Shown piece after piece: positions 59,069 through 64,000 of a stretch of 64,000 nucleotides of DNA. Location: positions 977 through 64,976 of the forward strand of contig JAMOLT010000041.1 of the NCBI GenBank assembly GCA_027068915.1, written 5' to 3'. A program made the position numbers and the translations under genes. Position 1 is the stretch's first letter, and each line of letters starts with the position of its first letter. The notes beneath the pieces were generated by a model, which was given only the letters and a program-made list of their open reading frames with translations, had not been told where the DNA came from and ran no database searches. Source of the DNA: Sedimenticola sp. GTDB taxonomy: Bacteria; Pseudomonadota; Gammaproteobacteria; Chromatiales; Chromatiaceae.

Positions 59069-60109
59069 GTGAAGAATATGCGCATATTGATAGTCATGAG
59101 TCTGTTGCTGTTCGTACAACCGTTGCTTGCAGCCGCAGAAGGCGAGCTGGGCAAAGATTTGGTGAATCCCGGGTACCATGAGCAACCTGGCTGGTTCAAG
59201 GAGTCCTTCCTTGATCTTGGCGAAGACGTTGCAGAGGCGACGGCGCAGAACAAGCGCGTGTTGCTGTATTTTTATCAGGATGGTTGCCCCTACTGCGCCA
59301 AGTTGCTGGAAGACAATTTTGGTAATGCGCGCATCGCGGAAAAAACGCGCAAGCATTTCGATGTCATTGCCATTAATTTGTGGGGGGATCGTGAAGTCAC
59401 CGATCTCAATGATCAGGTCGTTACAGAAAAGAACTTTGCCGAGTCCCTGCGGGTGCAATACACGCCCACCCTGCTGTTTCTCAATGAACAGGGAAAAGCT
59501 GTGGTGCGGCTGAATGGCTATTACGAACCGGCCAAATTCGACGTGGTGCTGGACTATGTATCCGGCAAGCAGGAAACCGCAATGAAACTGTCCGCCTACT
59601 ATGCCCAGCGCAAGCCAGCTACTGGTGGCGGCAAGCTTCATGATGAGCCGTTTTTTCTTCCACAGCCGTTGCGACTGGCGGACAATCGCAAGCAGTCCTG
59701 GCGCCCCTTGCTGGTGCTGTTCGAGCAGCCGGACTGCCGGCCTTGCGATGAACTGCACCAGGATTCCTTCAACCGCCAGCATCTGGTGACCGCGTTGAGC
59801 GCGTTTGATATCGCGCAGGTGGACATGCGTTCTCCCACAGAGTTGCAGACGCCTGACGGGCGAAGCATTCCCGCCCGCCAGTGGGCGGCGGAGCTGGGCC
59901 TGCAGTATGCGCCGAGCATGGTGTACTTCGATGCGGAAGGAAAAGAGGTTTTCCGCTCCGAAGCCTGGTTGAAAGCCTTTCATCTGCATACGGTGCTGGA
60001 CTATGTGGCCACTGGCGCCTATTTGCAGCAGAAGAATTTCCAGCGCTTTGTGCAACATCGGGCGGAGATATTGCGGGAAAAGGGTTTTGAAGTAGATTTG
60101 ATGGAGTAG
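59069..60109 (+). CDS. exported tandem thioredoxin-fold protein (SoxW-like)
   Basis: signal peptide; two thioredoxin domains with CPYC and CRPC; R.QYTPT and RSEAWL. Confidence 0.8.
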   Translation: MKNMRILIVMSLLLFVQPLLAAAEGELGKDLVNPGYHEQPGWFKESFLDLGEDVAEATAQNKRVLLYFYQDGCPYCAKLLEDNFGNARIAEKTRKHFDVIAINLWGDREVTDLNDQVVTEKNFAESLRVQYTPTLLFLNEQGKAVVRLNGYYEPAKFDVVLDYVSGKQETAMKLSAYYAQRKPATGGGKLHDEPFFLPQPLRLADNRKQSWRPLLVLFEQPDCRPCDELHQDSFNRQHLVTALSAFDIAQVDMRSPTELQTPDGRSIPARQWAAELGLQYAPSMVYFDAEGKEVFRSEAWLKAFHLHTVLDYVATGAYLQQKNFQRFVQHRAEILREKGFEVDLME

Positions 60110-60235
60110 GTTTCTGGTTATCTGTCGCCTGACGCGAGCCGCGCAACGGTTGCTGACGGTTTGCCGGAACGAAGAATAAATGCGGTGAACAACCGATCAG
60201 CAGGGAACTCGATTGTGAAACTGTTACGAGACAAC

Positions 60236-62056
60236 ATGAATTTCAGGGCCTGGATCCTCATCGGGTGCCTGCTTTCATTTGCCGGGCTGCTGCAGGCGCA
60301 AACGGCAGCGAATGCGCAGGATGAAGCGAAACCGCCAGAAAAAATCCAGGAAAGCACAAATGCCGGCAAGGTGCAGCTGGAAGTGGAAATCCCGGGGCTG
60401 GAAGGCGCACTGCTGGAAAATGCCAAAGCCTATCTTGGATTGCTGCAAAAAAAGGATGATCCGCATCTGACCGAGCAGTGGATCAGGCATCTGCATGAGA
60501 AATCCGTGGAGGAAATTCAGCAGGCCTTGCAGCCTTTTGGTTATTACAACGCCCGGGTCGAAGCTTCCCTTGAGAAAAAAGATGGCAAATGGGTTGCGGT
60601 CTATGCGGTAACGCCGGGGCCCCAGGTGGTGGTTTCCGGGATTGACCTGAAATGGTCGGGTGAAGGGGCGAAAGAGCCAGAGCTGCAACAGGCGATGGAG
60701 AATTTTCCGCTGAAAAAAGGTGCGGCCCTGGATCAGGAAATCTATGAGAAAGCCAAGGCGGCGCTGCTGGAGTTGGCGGATTCTCTGGGTTATCCGGATG
60801 TAGAGGCAATTACAGCAAGGATTGTTGTGGATGCAAAAGCCAATCAAGCCGAAATAACCCTGCATCTGGACACCGGCCACAAGTACTACATCAGCGAAAT
60901 CCGTCTGCATCAGGATTTTCTGGAGGCGGATTTCGTACGGCGTTATCTGGCGGACGTGAAGCCCGGCGATACCTATTCCCAGGAAAATCTTCTCGAAATC
61001 CAGAGAGATCTGGTTACGGCAGGATACTTCTCTCTCGTGGATATCAAGCCGAAGTTCCGGGAGGCACAGGACTACAGGGTGCCGGTCGATGTTTCTCTCG
61101 AACCCGTAAAGCGCCAGCAATATTCGTTCGGGATCGGATATGACACCGATATCCAGGTGAATCTCTCCATGCGCTGGAAGCACCGACGCATCAACCGGCT
61201 TGGGCACAAAGCAGATGCCCTGGTAAAGCTTTCCCTGGTGGAGAGCCTGATCCAGGCCAACTACTGGATTCCTGTCAGGGACCCACGCACCACCAAGCTG
61301 GGGTTTACCGCCAGGCTGCAAAGCGAGGTACTGGACGATTCCAAGAGCGATTCCCTGAGCCTGGAGGCCGGCTATTATTTTATCTGGAACCAATGGAACG
61401 CCAGGTTCTATACAGAGCTCAGATATGAGCAGTTTACTGCCGGTGCAGCCGATAGCGTTGACTCCAACTTCCTGAGTTTTGGCACCAGAGTCGAACGGAC
61501 CTATTTTGAAAAAGGAAACTATCCCCGCCGGGCATGGAGCCTGTTTGCGGATCTGCGTACCTCGCCGGGGCCACTCTCTTCCACCGATTATGTTCGGGCT
61601 CATATCAGGGGCAAGGCATATGTGCCGCTCTTTCAGGAAGGCCGCCTGATTCTTGCCAGCGAGCTGGGTCTGGCCGCCGTGGGGGACTATGAAAAATACC
61701 CGAACTCCCTGCGGTTCTTTGCTGGCGGAGACGCCAGTGTGCGTGGTTATGACTGGAAAACCCTTGGCCCCGAGGATGATGAAGGAGATGTCATCGGCGG
61801 CAGGCAGGTGCTGACGGCAAGCATTGAATACAACCATAAGGTTGCCGAGCAGTGGGTGGCGGCCGGGTTCGTCGATGCGGGCAACGCCTTCAATGACAGG
61901 CTGGATAACCTCCATTATGGCGCCGGTTTCGGCGCGCGCTGGTTGTCCCCCGTGGGCACGGTGCGGCTGGACTTTGCCTGGCCGGTGCACAAGGAAGACG
62001 AAACAACGAAGTTCTCCGACATCAAGGTGCACTTCGGCTTCGAGGTATTGCTGTGA
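60236..62056 (+). CDS. tamA: translocation and assembly module outer-membrane protein
   Basis: POTRA region ALQPFGYY, RFFAGGDASVRGY, C-terminal HFGFEVLL; start trimmed to MNFRA. Confidence 0.92.
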   Translation: MNFRAWILIGCLLSFAGLLQAQTAANAQDEAKPPEKIQESTNAGKVQLEVEIPGLEGALLENAKAYLGLLQKKDDPHLTEQWIRHLHEKSVEEIQQALQPFGYYNARVEASLEKKDGKWVAVYAVTPGPQVVVSGIDLKWSGEGAKEPELQQAMENFPLKKGAALDQEIYEKAKAALLELADSLGYPDVEAITARIVVDAKANQAEITLHLDTGHKYYISEIRLHQDFLEADFVRRYLADVKPGDTYSQENLLEIQRDLVTAGYFSLVDIKPKFREAQDYRVPVDVSLEPVKRQQYSFGIGYDTDIQVNLSMRWKHRRINRLGHKADALVKLSLVESLIQANYWIPVRDPRTTKLGFTARLQSEVLDDSKSDSLSLEAGYYFIWNQWNARFYTELRYEQFTAGAADSVDSNFLSFGTRVERTYFEKGNYPRRAWSLFADLRTSPGPLSSTDYVRAHIRGKAYVPLFQEGRLILASELGLAAVGDYEKYPNSLRFFAGGDASVRGYDWKTLGPEDDEGDVIGGRQVLTASIEYNHKVAEQWVAAGFVDAGNAFNDRLDNLHYGAGFGARWLSPVGTVRLDFAWPVHKEDETTKFSDIKVHFGFEVLL

Positions 62057-64000
62057 AAATCGGGTTGAAGCGTCTGGGTATTGGTTTGGTGTTGGTGTCG
62101 GTGCTGGTGATCGGCGCGGCCGCTACCCTGCTCGGTACCCGCCCTGGTGTCCAGTGGCTCCTGGAAACGGGCAACCGCTTCATTCCCGGAGAGCTAGCCG
62201 TTGAGCATGCCGAAGGAAACCTGTTGGGCAAGCTCCGCCTGCGGGGGCTCAGCTACCGGGATGCCGATATGTCGGTGGAGGCAGGCGAAGTGATCCTGGA
62301 CTGGCTGCCAACCGAGTTGTTCGGCGGGGTTTTCCATTTGCAGGAACTGACTATTGAAAAACTGCGTTATGCGAAACTGCATGAAACAGAAGAACAACCA
62401 TCGGCGGCCATCGAGCTGCCGGACATCGAACTGCCCATCAGGTTGAGGCTGGATCTGGTGCAGGCCAAATCCGTAGAAGTCGTTCCTGCGCCCCAGGCAG
62501 CTCCTGTGATCATCGATCAACTGGTGCTGGTAGCAAACTGGGATGCCGCCGGTGTCAATCTGTCGAAGCTGGAGCTGGCCATGCCGGACCTGAAGTTTCA
62601 TGGCAGCGGCAAAGTCCTGCCCAAGGGAGCATATCCCCTGGATCTGAATCTGAACTGGGAATTCAGCGCCGCAGGCCTGCCCAGGGTTGCCGGCAAGGGA
62701 AGGCTGGAGGGTGATCTGGAGCGTCTCCAGTTACAGCACCAGATCAATGGAGATGTGGAAGCGGGTATTACGGCAAATGTGCATGACCCGCTACATGAAC
62801 TTACCTGGGATGCCAGGGTGCAGATCAACAAGATTCCCCGGGAGTACCTGCCCCTGGATGAGACGGCATCCCTGGGTTTGGAGGTTGATGCCAGGGGCGA
62901 TCTGGCCCGCATGGATAGCCGTATCGCCTTCAAGGTAGAGGCCGCCAAAGACAAGGCTACTGTCGAAGCACAGCAGCTGTTGCTGAACCTGATCGCCAGC
63001 ATGGAGTTCGCCGAGCAACGCTTCAAGCTGCAGGGTGACTGGCAGCACCTGCAGTGGCCTCTGACGGGTGCAGCCCGGATTGCTGCCCCAAAGGGCAAGC
63101 TGGAGGCAGCCGGCGTTCCTGACAGTTATGTGTTTTCCCTGCAAACGGCCCTGCGGGGTGATGGAATTCCCCCTGGTGATTGGCAGGCGGAAGGGAAAGG
63201 GGGTCTTGACAAGCTCAGGCTGGACAAACTGCTGGGCAAGATCCTGGACGGCACCTTTGCGGCTGTTGGCGATCTGGCATGGTCCCCGACACTGGCCTGG
63301 AAGATGGACCTCATCGCCACGGATATCAACCCGCAGGCGCTCAACGCCCAATGGCCGGGTAAACTCAGCGCTGCGGTTGCCACCAGTGGGGAGCTGCCGG
63401 ATAGTGGCCTTCAGTTGCAGGCGCAGATCAGGGAACTGCAAGGATCCTTGCGCGAAAAGCCCGTGGCGGGCAGTGGCAAGCTGCGCATCAACGGCAGTAA
63501 ACTGCTGCTGGAAGATCTGCTGTTCAGCAGCGGCCAGGCAAAGATCGGCGTCAGCGGCGAGCTGGGTGATGCCTGGGATCTGCAATGGAAACTCGACGTG
63601 CCGGATCTTGCGGATTTGCTACCCCAGGGTGAAGGCGCGATTCACGGCGCGGGCAAACTGCGGGGCAGCCAGGAGCAGCCCGTCATCGAGGGGATGATAG
63701 AAGCGGCAGCGCTTCTTGCCAACGGCATCAAATGTGGCCAGTGCAAGGCAGACTTCTCCGTGGGCCTTGAGGAGGCCTTTGTATCCCGGGTATTGATTAC
63801 AGGCACGGATGTACTGGCGTCAGGGCAGCATATGTCTTCCCTGTCGTTGCAACTGGACGGGCCGTTGCAGCGTCAGACCGTCAAATTGAATGTGGATCAT
63901 ACACAGGGCAAACTGAGATTCATTGCAACCGGCGCCTATCTTCAGGAACAGACCGCCTGGCAGGGGGAGATACAAACCCTGGGGCTGGATGCCGGAGACG
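62053..64000 (+). CDS. tamB: translocation and assembly module protein, partial (runs off the right edge)
   Basis: GTG overlapping the tamA stop; N-terminal TM then LGTRPGVQWL..EGNLLG; amphipathic beta repeats; position after tamA. Confidence 0.85.
   Translation, partial: MKIGLKRLGIGLVLVSVLVIGAAATLLGTRPGVQWLLETGNRFIPGELAVEHAEGNLLGKLRLRGLSYRDADMSVEAGEVILDWLPTELFGGVFHLQELTIEKLRYAKLHETEEQPSAAIELPDIELPIRLRLDLVQAKSVEVVPAPQAAPVIIDQLVLVANWDAAGVNLSKLELAMPDLKFHGSGKVLPKGAYPLDLNLNWEFSAAGLPRVAGKGRLEGDLERLQLQHQINGDVEAGITANVHDPLHELTWDARVQINKIPREYLPLDETASLGLEVDARGDLARMDSRIAFKVEAAKDKATVEAQQLLLNLIASMEFAEQRFKLQGDWQHLQWPLTGAARIAAPKGKLEAAGVPDSYVFSLQTALRGDGIPPGDWQAEGKGGLDKLRLDKLLGKILDGTFAAVGDLAWSPTLAWKMDLIATDINPQALNAQWPGKLSAAVATSGELPDSGLQLQAQIRELQGSLREKPVAGSGKLRINGSKLLLEDLLFSSGQAKIGVSGELGDAWDLQWKLDVPDLADLLPQGEGAIHGAGKLRGSQEQPVIEGMIEAAALLANGIKCGQCKADFSVGLEEAFVSRVLITGTDVLASGQHMSSLSLQLDGPLQRQTVKLNVDHTQGKLRFIATGAYLQEQTAWQGEIQTLGLDAGD

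Noticed and set aside
60275-62032. Long antisense ORFs (also 46440-47795, 55358-56566, 17499-18563, 4923-6017 and others)
   Set aside because: They are shadow frames opposite well-supported genes, expected from GC-rich codon usage, with no recognisable motifs.

Overview
Core-genome window (mostly mid-50s % GC by eye) of a sulfur-oxidising, nitrate-respiring, autotrophic gammaproteobacterium; the gene content resembles Chromatiales/Sedimenticolaceae/Thiolapillus-like organisms (inference only). In order: tRNA-Arg(ACG) with a duplicated 3' end; folE-folX; split pqiA and pqiB; an Fe3+ ABC transporter (fbpABC) with a Fur box; a complete napFDAGHBC operon; an M16 peptidase pair + TatD-associated radical SAM + TauD-like operon; two tandem sulfur-globule protein genes; yhcC-ubiU-ubiV, ubiT and nnrS-dnrP with FNR-type boxes; cbbM-cbbQ-cbbO (form II RuBisCO) downstream of tRNA-Pro(CGG); ispB, rplU-rpmA-obgE-proB; an Rsd-like / class III cyclase-like / PilZ module; slt; DAHP synthase; a peptide ABC transporter; yciV-yciO-S2P-trpS-scpAB-rluB; a SoxW-like thioredoxin; tamA and partial tamB. 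I saw no CRISPR array, transposase, integrase or prophage. The most unusual signals are: (1) a class III cyclase-like protein with intact catalytic but non-canonical base-specificity residues, flanked by Rsd-like and PilZ genes; (2) MITEs with different terminal repeats that share one modular hairpin architecture; (3) a mini-element in the tRNA-Arg T-loop carrying an antisense copy of its host tRNA; (4) FNR boxes whose spacing puts the transcription start on the ATG of both ubi transcription units; (5) a candidate ~200-nt rod-like sRNA. Many CDS starts were trimmed from the ORF track to the most plausible start codon. All family calls are from motif recognition, not database searches.
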